Shown here: piece after piece, positions 33,421-48,450 of the stretch | Position numbering within the stretch: position 1 is the stretch's first letter | How the letters are laid out: each line of letters begins with the position of its first letter | NCBI RefSeq assembly: GCF_009914755.1 | Contig: NC_060938.1 | DNA: 64,000 nucleotides | Direction: 5' to 3' (one strand) | Origin: the human T2T-CHM13v2.0 reference genome, Homo sapiens | Notes under the pieces: generated by a model | Told to the model about the DNA's origin: nothing | Database searches by the model: none | What the model saw: the letters and a program-made list of their open reading frames with translations, nothing else | Translations under genes and position numbers: made by a program

Positions 33421-33589
33421 AAAGGAATCTAACAGACTGTGTCCTTCTACTCTTTACCTCTAATCTGTCACAATGTCAGTTCTTCTTTGAAATGCCTCCT
33501 AGATTTGCTTTTATGCTGACCCAGCCTCCTGCCAGACTCCTATCTAAATCTCAGCCTTCATCTCTTTGTGCCTGAAGTATTGCAGTGAT

Positions 33590-33750
33590 TATCACTTCAG
33601 GCTGTTCTTTGGCATCACTTGGGCAACTTTGCAAAAATTACCACATGCAGGTTCCACCCCAGCCAATTAAATCCAAATCTCTGAGGGTTACGACCCAGGC
33701 ATCGATAAACTTCTTAGAGCTTCCCAGATGACTCCAATGCACAACTACTG
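33590..33750. mobile_element. MER5-like hAT-Charlie remnant
   Basis: ccaccccagccaattaaatccaaatctctg...cccaggcatc...cttcccagatgactcc. Confidence 0.55.
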
Positions 33751-33866
33751 GATTGCCATATCTACCTGCTAGCAGATGTATGTCTTCCAGCCCATTTTGC
33801 CTGTTACTGTTCTCTGGTCTCCTTGGAATCCTGCTTTCATAGTATTACTCTCTTGCTCAAGAACCT

Positions 33867-33967
33867 ATAATGGCTCACTACTACCCCCATTAATCCCAGA
33901 TAATGGCTCACTGCTACCCCCATTAATCCCAGATAATGGCTCGCTACTACCCCCATTAATCCCAGAT
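33867..33967 (+). repeat. 33-bp minisatellite, 3 copies
   Basis: ATAATGGCTC(A/G)CT(A/G)CTACCCCCATTAATCCCAG at 33867, 33900 and 33933. Confidence 0.95.
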
Positions 33968-34589
33968 TCCCTTGCCTCATCCACTAAGCTATATTTGAGC
34001 CCTTTCTTACGTATGTTCTACAATACCCTTAAACTGTTTTTTCTGTCTAGCACTTGATTTGCCTTTTATTACCCTCTTCTATATTGTTACTCCTCTCCCT
34101 ACTCCCACTTCCAGGTACATACCCAGAATGTGACTTATTTTCCACCTATCCAAATGCTTCTCATTCTTCAACACCCAGCTCAAATCCCACTTCTGTAAAC
34201 ACTTTATTCTCCACTCTAGTCTACCCCTTATTATCTGTATGATTATTTTGGTATACCATTAGTACCTTGTAAGATTTTTCGTATTTTTTTCATAAACTAC
34301 TTTTGTAATTTTGTATTCAGTTTTTGAGTGGGTAATGTGCACATGGTACAGATTTTAAATTTACAAAAATACCCTCCCATCCAATTCTATCCCCAGCATC
34401 CAGTTTTCCTCCTTGGAAGCAACCACTTTTACAACTTTCTGTGTTCTTCCCAGTATATTCTATGCCTCTCTTAGAGAGAGAGAGAGAGAATACACAAACA
34501 CAAGGAGAATACACGGATATACACCCGCAAATGTTGGCATACAACATGAAATCCTTTGCCCCTTTGACTTCTCTTTACTTAACATTATG

Positions 34590-35760
34590 ACTTTTTTTAG
34601 TTGTGCTAAAACAAAAAATAAACAACACCTAACATGAAATCTGCCCTCTTAACAAACTTGTAAGTGTACGATATAGTGTTGTTAATTATATGCACATTGT
34701 ATAGTAGATACCTAAAACTTTTTCATCCGGCATGACTAAAACTCTGTGCCTAATTGAACAGCAACTCCCTATTTCCCTGTTCCTGCAGTCCCTGGCAACT
34801 GCCATTTTACTTTTTGCTTCTATGAGTTTGACTGCTCTCGCCATCTTGTACCAAGGAATCATGTAGTATTTTGTCCTTTTGTGACTGGCTTGTTTCACTT
34901 AGCATATTGTCCTCAAGTATTATGCATATTGCAGCACATGGAAGAATTTTCTTCATTCTTTAAGGCTGAATAATATTCCATTGTATGTGTATACCACAAT
35001 TTCTTTATCCATGAATCTGCCAATAGACATTTAGGTTGTTTTCACCTCTTGGCTATTGTGGATAATGCAGCAACAAACATGGGAGTGCAAATATCTCTTC
35101 CAAGATTCTGTTTTCAATCATTTTGTTTAAATATCCAGAAGTGAGATTGCTGTATCATACGGTAGTTCTATTTTAAATTTTTTGAAGAATCTCTATACTG
35201 GTTTCCTTAATGGTTGCACTATTTTATGTTTCTATCAGCAGTGCACGAGGGTTCCAATTTCTCCATATCCTTGCCAGCATTTGTTTTTTGTTATTTTGAT
35301 AATGATCATCCTAACAGGTGTGAGGCAATATCTCATTGTGGTTTTGTTTTGCATTTCCCTGATAAGTAGTGATGTTGAGCATCTTCATATAATGTCTGGT
35401 CGTTTGTATGTCTTTGGGGAAATTTCTTTCATGTCCTTTGCCCATTTTAAAATTTAATTTTTTTGTTACTGAGTTGTTGTAGTTCCTTCTATATTTTGTA
35501 TATTAACCCCTTATCAGATATGCGGTTTGCAAATATTTTCTCTCTCCTTAAGATTTTTATTCTGTTGATTATTTCTTTTGCTGTGCAGAATCTCTTCTGT
35601 TGGATGTTGTCCCACTTGTCTATTTTTGATTTAGCATTATGTTTTGGAGATTATTTTGTATCAGTATACACAAAACTCCCTAAATATTTTAACAGCTGCA
35701 TAGTATTCTGTTAATGCATAGACCATAATTTAATTAGCTAGTTTCCTATCAATGCATATT
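34590..35760 (-). mobile_element. L1MA/MB 3' segment
   Basis: L1M 3'UTR text and ORF2 C-terminal remnants. Confidence 0.7.
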
Positions 35761-35962
35761 GAGGGATTTTTTATTTTCAAATGTTGCAATTTTATATAAT
35801 GCTTCAAATGTTATCTTTGTATACATATGTCATTTAGCACATATATTAATATATCTGTAGTATATATTTCTATCCATTTAACTGGAATTCTGGGTCAAAG
35901 GGCATGTGCATTTTTAATTTTGGTAGGTATTACTACATTGACCTTCATTAAAGATTTTATTG

Positions 35963-36268
35963 GCTGGGCACAGTGGCTCATGCCTGTAATCACAGTACTT
36001 TGGGAGGCTGAGGTGAGTGGATCACTCGAGCCCAGAAATTCAAGACCAGCCTGGGCAACATGGCAAATCCCTCTCTCTACAAAAAATACAAAAATTAGCC
36101 AGGTGTGGTGGCGTGTGGCCATAGTCCGAGCTACTTGCGAGGCTGAGGTGGGAGGATTACATGATCCCAGGGAGGTTGAGGCTGCAGTGAGTTGTGATTG
36201 CTCTACTGCACTGTAGCCTGGGTGACAGAGTAAAATCCTGTCTCAAAAAAAAAAAAAGGAAAAAAGAA
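35963..36268 (+). mobile_element. AluJ
   Basis: Full dimer with A tail. Confidence 0.9.
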
Positions 36269-36579
36269 GATATACTGATTTATATTCACAACAACTATGT
36301 AGGAATTACCCTTTCAATTTTGTGTTGTTATTTAGCTTTTCACATTTAAATACTTTACCTCTCTGACTCCGTTGTAATTAACCCAAAGACAGGAACTATG
36401 ACATTACATATTAGCATCTCTCACAGTAGTTGGTGCTCAGTAAATATTTGTTAAATCTTGTGTATTTAGGGAGTTTTCCCATGAGTGGCGTTTCTGATGA
36501 GTCCCATGTGAGAATTGTCCCCTTTGCATGTTTGCTGTTTCCAGGAAAGGGTGTGATTGTGTGTGATATTCTTAGGCGA

Positions 36580-38034
36580 GATGCTTAGTCTATTTTGTGT
36601 TGCTGGAGCCTGGGAAATCCAATATCAAGGTACCAACACGTTTGGTGTCTGGTGAGGGCCTTGTCTCCACTCCCAAGATGGCCTTTGAATGTTCCACCCT
36701 CTGGAGGGGAGGAATACTGTTCCTCAAATGACACATAAGTGAAAAGAGAAAGCCCGCTTCCAAAGGCACTTTTATTTTATTTTATTTTTATTATTTTTAT
36801 TTTTAATCTTTGTGAGTACATAGTAGGTGTATATATTTATGGAGTACATGACATGTTTCGATACAGACATGCAATGTGAAACAGTCACACCATGGAGAAT
36901 GGGGTATCCATCCCCTCAAGCATTTATCCTTTGTGTTACAAACAATCCAATTATACTTAGTTATTTTTAAATGTGCGATTAAGTAATTATTGACTATAGT
37001 CATCCTGTTATGCTATCAAATAGTAGGTCTTACTCATATTTTCTATTTTTTTGTGCTCATTTACCATTTTCACCCTGCCCCTACTACCCCACAACCCTTG
37101 TCAGCCTCTGGTAACCATCCTTCTGCTCTGTATGTCCATGAATTCAACTGTTTTGATTTTTAGATCCCACAGATAAGTGAGAACATTTGATGTTTGTCTT
37201 TCTGTGTCTGGTTTATTTCACTTAACATAATGGTCTCCAGTTCCATCCATGTTGTTGCAAATGAAAAGATCTCATTGTTTTTATGGCTGAATAGCACTCC
37301 ATTGTGTATATGTTCCACATTTTCTTTATTCATTCATCTGTTGATGGACACTTAGGTTACTTCCAAATCTTGGCTATTATGAACAGTACTGCAACAAACA
37401 TGGGAGTGCAGATAGCTCTTCAGTATACCTATTTTCTTTCTTTTGGGTATACACTCAGCAGTGGGATTGCTGGACCATATGGTAGCTCTATTTTTAGTTT
37501 TTTGAGGAACCTCCAAACTGTTCTCTACAGTGGTTGTACTAATTTACATCCCCCCCAACAGTGCATAAAGGTCCCCTTTCCCCTTTTCTCCACATCCTCT
37601 CCGGCATTTATTATTATCTGTATTTTTTATAAAAGCCATTTTTATTGGGGTGAGATGATATGGCAATTTTGATTTGCATTTCTCTGATGATCAGTGATGT
37701 TGAGCACCTTTTCATATGTCTGTTAGCCATTTGTTTGTCCTCTTTTGAGAAATGTCTATTCAAATATTTTGCCCATTTTTTGATTGGATTATTATATTTT
37801 TTCCAATGGAGTTGTTTGAGTTCCTCATATATTCTGATTCTTAATCCCACTTCAGATGGGTAGTTTGCAGATATTTTCTTCTGAAAGCACTTTTATTATG
37901 ATATTAAACCTACTGAGGAAGGTGGAGCCCTCATGGCCTAATCACCTCTTAAAGGCTCCATCTCCCAATACCATTACATTGGCAATTAAATTTCAACGTG
38001 AGTTTTGGGGGGAACAAACATTTAACCCATAGCA
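36580..38034 (-). mobile_element. MST/MLT1A-type MaLR LTR split by a 5'-truncated L1MA (about 36777-37883)
   Basis: MaLR halves on both sides; L1 flanked by TSD gcacttttatt (36766-36776 and 37887-37897). Confidence 0.75.
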
Positions 38035-38323
38035 GACACCATTCATTTATATTTTTCTTCCAGGATCCTGTATTATCATTAACTCAGAAAGGCCAACTAA
38101 TCCTTGGATCTATTATCAAATTTGGTTTGTTTGAATAATTAAGTATAAATTAGCTAAATGGAAAGGCTCTCCTCTGTAAGTTCTTTACCATCTTTTTATG
38201 ATGAAAAATTTTAAACATGAATGCAAGTTGAAATAATATGCCCATATACCTACCACTGAAACTTAGCATTTGGTCGTATTTATTTTGTGACTCACATATA
38301 AATTATATTTATATGTAAATATA

Positions 38324-38758
38324 CAGTTAACTTTAGAACAACATGGGTTTTCTAACTGTGTGGGTCCACTTATATGGGGATTTTTTTCTGCCTCTGCCAC
38401 CCCGAGAAGGCAAGACCAACCCCTCCCCTGCCTTCTTCTCAGCCTCCTCAACATGAAGACAATGAGAATGAAGACCTTTATGATGATCCAGTTTCACTTA
38501 ATAGTAAATATGTTTTCTCTTTCTTATGATTTTCTTAATGACATTTTTGTTTCTCTAGCTTACTTTATTGTAAGAAAATAGTATATAATACAAATAACAT
38601 ACAAAATGTGTGTTAATCAACTGTTATTGGTAGGGCTTACAGTCAACAGTAGGCTATTAACAGTTAAGTTTTGGTGGGAGAGTCAAAAATTGTACACAGA
38701 TTTTCAACTGTGTGGTGGGTGGGCACCTCTGACCCCCACATTGTTCAAAGGTCAACTG
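38324..38758 (+). mobile_element. Tigger2a/MER28-like DNA transposon
   Basis: TA-flanked inverted termini CAGTTAACTTTAGAACAA ... TTGTTCAAAGGTCAACTG. Confidence 0.85.
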
Positions 38759-38859
38759 TAAATACATTTATATTTGCTGAATAATTTGCAAAGTAAGTTA
38801 CTGACATTCCATGAAGCAGTAAGTAAAGTTGAAAATTATTTTTTGTAAAAGTCACCATC

Positions 38860-39219
38860 TACCTTAGCTCAGGCTACTATAACAAAATACCATAGATTGG
38901 ATGGCTTAACAGAAATTTATTTCTCATAGCTCTGGAAGCTGGGAAGTCCAAGAACATGGTGCTGGCTAGAATTATTTTGGTCCTGGTGAGGGCCTCTTCC
39001 TGGCTTGCAAATGGCTGCCTTCTTGTGTCCTCACATGGTGGAGAAAGAGTGATCTCTGTTCCTCTTCCTATAAAGCCACTAATCCCATTATGAGGGTCTC
39101 ACCCTCATCACTTAATCTAACCCTGATTATCTCCCAAAGACCCCATCTTGAAATACTTGTGGGTTAGGGCCTCAATATGAATTGAGGGGTTGGAGGAGAC
39201 ACAATTCTGTCCACAGAAC
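38860..39219 (-). mobile_element. MLT1A-type MaLR solo LTR
   Basis: taacaaaataccatagattgg...gaaatttatttctca, a reverse MaLR 3' end. Confidence 0.75.
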
Positions 39220-40322
39220 TTTCTGTGAACAAGCCTATTATTCCCTCCCTCCCTCCCTCCCTTCCTTCCTTCCTTCTCTTTCTTTTCTTTCTTTCTTCTT
39301 TCACAAATGTTGTCCCTTTCTCCAAAAGGATAAGAAGCTGCTTGATGCAGCTGTCACCAGAACTTCTCTTAGTAAGGGAAATATCCTTAATGTCTTTTTT
39401 TTTTTGGTGGTGGTGGGGAATATCTTGATAAGTCATTTAGGTATGAACGGTGAATTCTTATACAGTGGCACAGCAATGTGAGTTTACTAAATGCCTGTGA
39501 ATTGTATACTTTAAAGAGGGTCATTTTATGTTATGTGAATTTCACCTCAATCAAAAAAAATGTGACCCTATGAAAATGGTTGGCAAGAGGAGAGGAAGTG
39601 AGAGAGATAGCTAAACCACTCTGCATAAAAGAGAAAATGTGAATTTGGGAACTGGAGAAAAGCAAAGGGAAAGAGGCAGAGAGTGCTAACCCAGTGGTGG
39701 GAGTCTAGAGGAAAAGTGGCTGACGGGCATTTTAAGAACAGAAGCGTTTAATATTCAGTTTTAATTTGCCTGTCTCTGTCTCCTGAAACTAATAAAGTCA
39801 GTAGACACAAAAATACCTTGTGTGAACAGAATTGTGCATGTAAACCCTTCTTTAGACTCACATGGGACAGAACACATACAGCCTTATGCTATCCAGGTGA
39901 TCCAGAAACCTCAAAAAGTGAAATTCAAAGGCAGAGATGGCCAAGAAAAAATGTAAGCCACTTGCTTCCTCCCAGAGTCCGTGGGCACATCAGGAGGGTT
40001 GTGGGACGATCCTCATATGAGGGATGTGATTGAACCAACTTTTCCTAATTCTCAAAGTGTATTGAACTTTCCTTGACATCTCATTGGCAATATATTGTCA
40101 TTTCATTGCTTTAAGGGCTCATTATTTACTAGTCATCAATTGTACCTGTAGGGGAATGCCTCTTTTTAGAGACAAGAGACCAGACCTCCACAGAGGTAGA
40201 TCTTGGAGATTGGAGCAGTTCTAGAATTTCTAACATTTCCCCTTACGGTCATCTTGCTAGGTTCTCTGTAACAAAGCCTGGTAGTTCAGAAATCAGGCTC
40301 CAAGAACGTGCCATAGATCAAC

Positions 40323-40327
<5 letters not shown>

Positions 40328-40376
<49 letters not shown>
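40328..40376 (+). repeat. (TG)n microsatellite
   Basis: Seen directly. Confidence 0.95.
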
Positions 40377-40380
<4 letters not shown>

Positions 40381-40407
40381 ATTTGGGATCAGAGCCACTC
40401 AACTTCC

Positions 40408-40729
<322 letters not shown>

Positions 40730-43262
40730 TAGGAATCAGAGGGAGTGGGGCCCCTAGGGAAGAGCACTCCCATGGAAAAAGAGTAGAAACAAATTTTATA
40801 ATTCCCTGGTTTTCTTACCCAGTTCTCCAACCTGCTAAAATCTGAAAAAGTTTCATACTTTAAATGAATGGAAGATCATTAGTCTCATAAAATAATATGA
40901 CACTACTGAGCTGGCACTTCGGTGTATAGACCAGGTTCTATGCCAAGCACATTCTCATGTAATCTGAGGTAAGCACAGTTATATTCCCCATTTAATAGAT
41001 TAGAAATTAAAGTTTAGAGAGACTGTAAGGTTAAATGACTTGTTCAAGGTTATACATCCTTAAGATGCCATCCTAAGAATAGAAACTGAAGTTTGACTAT
41101 AAAGGCTATGTGCTTAATTACCATGTAAATAAAGTGTATCCAACTGTTGGAGTTTTTTTCTACAAAAAGGTTCTGCTCATAGCAGATACATAGTCAATAT
41201 TGACTGTGTTGAAGGCTGCTTTATTCATTTAAAATGTGGCACCTAAATCTGTTCTGTTACATCAGCCAGACAGTATTTTGGCCGGCCTTGTGTCCTCTTG
41301 AGTCATGGTTCATTGCCACAGCACTGTTGTTTCTCCTTTGTTAAGTATTTCAGAGGAAATTCTGGACAAAGGAAAGGTATATGGGTCTTCAAGTAGAGCA
41401 GGGATGTGTTCCAGTAGTTGTCAACTAGACTGAGAAAACTTGGATGTCTTACGAAACAATGTCAGAAATCCATTTCTGTGTTCTGTGACTTTCTACAAAC
41501 ACAATTTTTAAAAATCCAAATATAGCTTAGACCATCAGTAGTCTAATTCAGTGTTTCCCAGATTTGAGATTTCTTTTGGAACTTTAGAACGTCAAAATGA
41601 ATCTTGGGACATTGATAAGATTGCAGACTTTTTATTTTATAAATTGATTAAGGATATTAAACTTGCCACTTTCAATATAAAAAATTAAGGAAGGTTATAA
41701 CCTTTGTGAAAAACTTGCTACATAGTTATTTATCTCATCAAAGACCAGTGAAAACTTTCTCATAGACCAACACTTGGAAACTATCAGTCTAAATAACCAG
41801 TCTATATTCAAAAATTCAGTAAAGATTTCTTCACTTCTAATGCTCATTGACTTCAGTTATCTTATAGGTGGAAAGAAGTAGATACAAAAACAGATCTTGA
41901 TTACAAAATTCGTTGATGACCTAGTTGACTCTTTCCCCAGTCATTACTAATCCTAACCTTTGGGAGCGAAAAATATCTAAATAAGTTCTGGTTTACAAAT
42001 TTGCAAAATTTTTGTCAACACTTCAGAATTCAGAAAAAAACACAGGACATTTTTACTATATAACTTCCTAAGTTTATATGATATATCAAAAGTCAGTAAG
42101 GATTATACCATAATAATATTTACATTTCACAGGGAAGCAAAATACTTGGAGCCTCTCCTTGTCTTTGTCTAAAGATTTGTCATTCATTTGCATTCAAATA
42201 AATTCTTTGCTTTCATTCATCCAGAATGGTTCTCAATTTATTAGCTCATGAGACTACATAAATAGACTTGTATTCATACATTTTAATTTCAGTGTAAAAT
42301 GGCTTTCCTCAATTTTTTTTTCTACTCAACTCTCCCAAAAGATGTCTAATCACTCCCACACTCAGTTACTTAAACATTTCATAATGTTGTTACTTCTATA
42401 GTAAAACAAAAAGTAATTTGCTTTTAATAAATCAGAGAGCCCTACTGTAGCAATCTAGAACTTTATTCTGGCGAGAGCAAATTCTCAAATTATATTTCCA
42501 GCCTCATTTGTGAATAGCTGATTTTCCCTGTCACAAAGCATTGTTAGGTAGGTACAGTATTTTTCTTTAGTTGGTAAACTACTGGAACTTACAATCCAAT
42601 GGAGGTGACCTCTATACAATACCTGGGACGGTAATACCCTGAAGCGCAGGGTGTGGCTATTGCATGTGCCACATGCACATGAGGCCATCTGTGCGTGCTT
42701 GTTGAAAGAATGACATATCTTGGTGAGTAATATGAACATTAAAAGCTCTGCTGGATAAGCTCATAGAGGTGGGGTTCACTGCCTTCTGGGTGAGTGGGGA
42801 AGACTTTGTGAAGAAAGCAACAACTGAAGTAAAATTGAAGGATAACCAAAGTAGAAATGAGAATGAAAGGAAGATACTCCTGTTTGGAAAGAAAATACTA
42901 ACAATATGTACAGGAAAATACAAGGTATACTTTGGAGATGACAAGTAAAAATTTTGCCAGGAGCACAGATGTAATAGCAATTTGAGAAGTAAAGCTGAAG
43001 GGTAGGATCCTGATGTAGAGAATGCTGGACCCAGGCTGAGCTTGGACTTTACATCAAGTAGAAGTGGTAGAGAAAGATTAATTGCCTCTCTGCATTGGAC
43101 TAGTGCCATCGTCTTCCAAAAGCTAAAAAGAAGCACTTTAGGCCTTCAAGGGCTAGTTATCTAAAAACCACACTTGATTTGTTCTTAAGTCTCAGCTCCT
43201 GGGCATATGAGGAACTTTTTCTGGAGTTTTGGAAAATTCCTCATGCCCTCAGATCCTATTAA

Positions 43263-43644
<382 letters not shown>

Positions 43645-43681
43645 TAAGAGACTTCCTATGAGTTCCTGCCTCCAAACTTTT

Positions 43682-44107
<426 letters not shown>

Positions 44108-45725
44108 TAATGTAACTGCTCCATTACTCAGGAAACCTATGCTCAACATCTTGATGCTACATTTAATTTCTCTAAATGATAAAATATACAAATTCTTGTA
44201 TATTTGTATGTCTAACCACCCTGCGACAGCCTTTAGGAAAGGTTCCACATCTGCCAACTCCTTTGTATCCTCCATCCAGAACCTGCCTCCCATCCCTACT
44301 TTACCCATCCACCTCAGAGACTTCATGGTACAGTGCAGTATACTTGGTGAGTGTTGATGGTTTAAGAGTGTGCCCTGAACAACGAAGGATTTCTTTGAGG
44401 CTGAAATCCTGTGGGATCCATGGAATGGGAGTTTCACCTGTCTTTGGCTTCTGCTCCTTTCCCCAGCATGTGTAGAGCTTCTAGAACAGTCCCCAGCAAG
44501 AGAGGATCACTTGGTACACCTCTTTCTTATCCTCACTGTCTCCAGTCTCTGCTGTAGGCCTGCTAGTGATGATCAGGATACAGGTTTTAACATGGCCAAG
44601 CTGTTAATAACCTGAGATTGGGCACCATGAACAATAAGCATTAAAAGGCAATAACAACAACAACAACATAACCTGTTAATTTTATGCAGGCTTAATTTTT
44701 TAAAGAACTATTTCTTCCTAACTTGCTTTTACTCTTCTTCATCTACTTTCTCATACCTATGACTGACAATGATAAGGACACCCACCCACTATACACACCT
44801 AATTCCATCCCTCCAAATTTGATTTCGTGTTCTCTAGAGCTGGCGTGTTATGTGACCTATTGTGGGGAGAGGCTCAGCTGAGGGACTCTGTGATGCCAAA
44901 TGGACAAAGGCACACTTTTTTCTCCAGGTCCCAGCCTGGTGAAAGTCATAGCACCTGAGAATTTGGAGCTGACTCTCTCCTTTGGAAATTGTGCCTTCCA
45001 AAAATATATCTTACACTGCCTGTACCTGCATGCAATAGGTTTTGGTTCTTACCAACTGCAGCTTCAGTCTGAACTTGAGTTCTACCCTCATGGATGCAAA
45101 TCAAAACAGCTCAGAATCAAGTCTGGGAAGCAAGTCGAAGTGGTTTGATTTGCATGGGGAGCTTTTGTCTCTGCATGAAGGCAGCCAAATTCCCTAGGCT
45201 CCCCAGCCCTCCGGAAATATGCTTTACAGGACCCGGGGGCCCAGGCCCAGTCGGGTGGGTGTGATTTGAATGTTCTCTGCTACAGCTGCTGCACCGGGCC
45301 CTGGTCACTGCTGTTGGTTTCGCTCCATTTTACTGCCTCAGAATCCCCCTGTGCATGTTAGTGGTTAATACAGCAGCCAGGAGACGCCAGACAGCTCTCG
45401 GCACCTGGTTCAAATTTAAGGCTCATTTACACATGATGTCACACACGCATTGTCAGCGCGAGGGAGGTCAGGATGGTTCATTTTGGGAAGGTTCACATTG
45501 TTGAGTCTTTACAACACTCACTGCTATTAATGCTTTAACCATCTGACTTGGATTTCGGTTTTCTGGCATGAGGTAATCCCAGGCACTAGATTTATATGCT
45601 GAATGGGAAGCCAGCAATGGTGGCTAATCATGCTGGTTTGCAGATCTGCACCTCTGGAGCCTTGGGATGGAATTAGAGGGCCACATGGCAAGTAGCAAAT
45701 CATAGGCGTTTTGAGCAGGAGAGGA

Positions 45726-45987
45726 ATTAGCCAGACCTGGAAGCAGGGGCCATAGATGGGGTGTTGTCTGAGCCAGGAAGTTTGATTGAAGAATGGAAAC
45801 CAAGGTAAATTGGACAAGGATCTGGGCCCAGAGACCACAGGAATTATTCTACTTTGATTAGCCAGACCTGGAAGCAGGGGCCATAGATGGGGTGTTGTCT
45901 GAGCCAGGAAGTTTGATTGAAGAATGGAAACCAAGGTAAATTGGACAAGGATCTGGGCCCAGAGACCACAGGAATTATTCTACTTTG
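45726..45987 (+). repeat. Perfect 131-bp tandem duplication
   Basis: 45726-45856 is identical to 45857-45987. Confidence 0.97.
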
Positions 45988-46121
45988 ACCAGTGCTTTGG
46001 GTCATTGCTTGAACTGTCCTTTTGCTCATCACTCATAGAAATCCCAGACCCATCTTCCCAGGTCCAGCGTAAGTCTTTCATGTTCCATGAAGCCTTTCCT
46101 GACCACCCATCCCACAGCAGG

Positions 46122-46367
46122 GGCTGAGGTGGTTAGATCACCAGAGGTCAGAAGTTCGAGACCAGCCTGACCAACATGGTGAAACCCCATCTCTAATAAA
46201 AATACAAAAATTAGCTAGGCGTAGTAGTGTGTGCCTGTAATCCCAGCTACTCAGGAGGTGGAGGCAGGAGAATCGCTTGAACCCGGGAGGCAGAGGTTGC
46301 AGTAAGCCAATACCCGCCACTGCACTCCAGCCTGGGCGACAGAGCGAGACTCTGTCTCAAAAAAAAA
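46122..46367 (+). mobile_element. 5'-truncated AluS (copy B), near-identical inverted copy of copy A
   Basis: 5 mismatches to copy A over ~237 bp; no TSD. Confidence 0.93.
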
Positions 46368-48061
46368 TTTCTCTCCTGAATCCCTAAGTACTTTTGTTAC
46401 TGAGTACTTAATTTGTGCGACTAGCTCATTTTACCCTCACAATTCCAAAGGGAAGGCTTTATTATTTCTCTTTTACAGATGACAAGACAGGTTCAGAGAG
46501 GTTAAATAATGTATCCAGTGTCAAACTTTTAAAAGTCAGGATGGAATCCTGATTCCAAGCTTAGGTTCTGAACCACTGGGGTAGGCTGTGTAGTACTACA
46601 TTTTCTGTGGAACGTGGTATCGGTAACATGGGAGAGACAGGCTGTGCCTCAGGAAGATGCCACATGGGAGTGCACAGCAGTGCTGTAGTGCCTCGTGTTT
46701 ATGTGTAGTCCCAGGTGCCTGGCTGTAAACAACTGCAGGGCAGTGACCATCACCTCTGCTTTTCTGCATCCCCACACTTCCTAACACAGTGTCCCCCAAA
46801 GTGTGCATCAATGGATGGATGAATATTAGCACCCCCACACCACCCTCACCTAAAACATACTGAAAAGTTTGAGATCTTTGGATAACCACCCCATCCCCTG
46901 CTGTTGTCTTCTGTCATACGGCTGAAATCGTAAAACTGGTCTGCCTGTCACAGCTCCAGTGAGCCTACTTACTCACTGGAAATTCAGAGAATGTCTTTAG
47001 TCCTGTTGACTGCTTTGATTTTGTTTTTTAACTTGTACCAAGACCTGTTGCCATGATGGGTCTCTGCAAATGGGCTTTCTTGTTCCATGAGTCTCTGTTT
47101 TAGTCAAGTGAAGGGCACACTCCTTTTCATTGGCCACCTCTTACTTTTCCTCCAAGAGGAGTACTCACTCCCAGAACCCTTTGCTGGGCTCTCATGCCGA
47201 GCTTAGGTGCCCCTTCAGTGTGCTTCTGCAGCACTCATTACCCCGTAGTAGCATTGTAGTTTAATTCCTGTTTGCTTGACTGAAGCAGAGACTCACCTGC
47301 AGACGCCTGTAGGTGCCTTCCACGTTGCTCAGATGAACAGTAGAGAAGGGTCAGGCCTGCCCTAGGTTTCTACCCCTCTCCTCAAGGCCCTTTCTAGTCA
47401 CCATGCCACATCCTGCTCATGACTGCAGGGATCATGCCTCTGGGCCTCTGTCCATGCAGCTGCCTCTGCCTGCACTCCAGGACAGGGGCCTTCTCTGCTG
47501 TCCACTGGAGCCCTGTGGAAGGGACTCCTGACCCTAGCCTTAGGGAAGTCATCTCTAAAGGCTGTTTTATTACAGTGTTTCCTCAGAATGACCCTATAGA
47601 CACAGTGTTTTCTCAGTGTCCTCTCACCTTTGAACATATCCGGGAATAATTGAAAAAACCAGGCAATCAAATGTGCCTCTCATAAATCACCATCACTTCA
47701 GAGCAGAACTTAAGAGTTTGGTTTGCAAGCCACACCAAATAGTTTGAGCTTGGCCCTCTACCATTTCCTCCTGCTCTGAGCCCAGAGGTTCACCTAGTGG
47801 ACTGTAGCAATGGATTCCCTTGCCCCTGGCTTCCTGTTGGGTTCAGCCAGAGAGCAGCACCAGTGGGAGCCTACAGAGGGAGGAAAGTGAGGTCAAGGTG
47901 TCTGCTGCCTCCTCCCTGCCTGCCAGGCCACTGTGGGTAGACTACACCTCAGGTGGCCCTCCCCATGTGTAGCCATGCTTGCCAGGTTCTGGGTTCTGGA
48001 AACCTCCACCTCCTCTTGCCCCTTCAGTCATAGGGTGGTAGCCCCCTTCATTGCTATTAGC

Positions 48062-48450
48062 TGTTATGCACTCAATTGTGTTCCAACCCCAAATTCGTAG
48101 GTTGAGGCCCCAATCCCCAGGACCTCAGAATGCAACTGTATTTGGAGATAGGGTCTTTAAAGAAGTAATTAAATTAAAATGAGGCCATTAAGCCCTAATT
48201 CAATGTGACTGGTGTTCTTGTAAGAAAAGGAAGAGATACCATGGAGATGTGCACCCAGAGGAAAGGCCACGTAAGGACACAGCAAGAAGGCAACTGTTTA
48301 CAAGCCAAGGGAAGAGGCCTCAGGAGAACCAAACGTGTCCACACCTTGATCTTGCACTTCCCAACCTCCAGAACTGTGAGCAAATAAATGATGTTGTTTA
48401 ATCACCCAGTTTGTGGTATTTTGTTGTGGCAGTTCTAGCAAACTAATACA
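48062..48450 (+). mobile_element. MLT1B solo LTR (probably inserted in an older LTR33-like element, about 47760-48570)
   Basis: Termini TGTTATG...CTAATACA; cctcagaatg..actgtatttggagatagggtctttaaaga; AATAAA at 48383. Confidence 0.88.
48230..48387 (+). CDS. SLC38A6: LTR-derived alternative terminal SLC38A6 exon (G)RDTMEMCTQ...HFPTSRTVSK*
   Basis: Phase-1 acceptor aaaag|GA in MLT1B with branch-point-like CCCTAAT ~30 nt upstream. Open frame runs to TAA inside AATAAA (48383-48388). The total length would be 521 aa, matching my unverified recollection of an annotated long isoform. A competing AG lies at 48223-48224. Confidence 0.6.

Noticed and set aside
42657-43136. 159-aa minus-strand ORF
   Set aside because: Low-complexity L/S/F-rich translation of the complement of purine-rich DNA; no homology recognised.
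45726-45987. Direct repeats (131-bp and 33-bp) as a CRISPR-like array
   Set aside because: Head-to-tail copies with no spacers, in human DNA with no cas genes.
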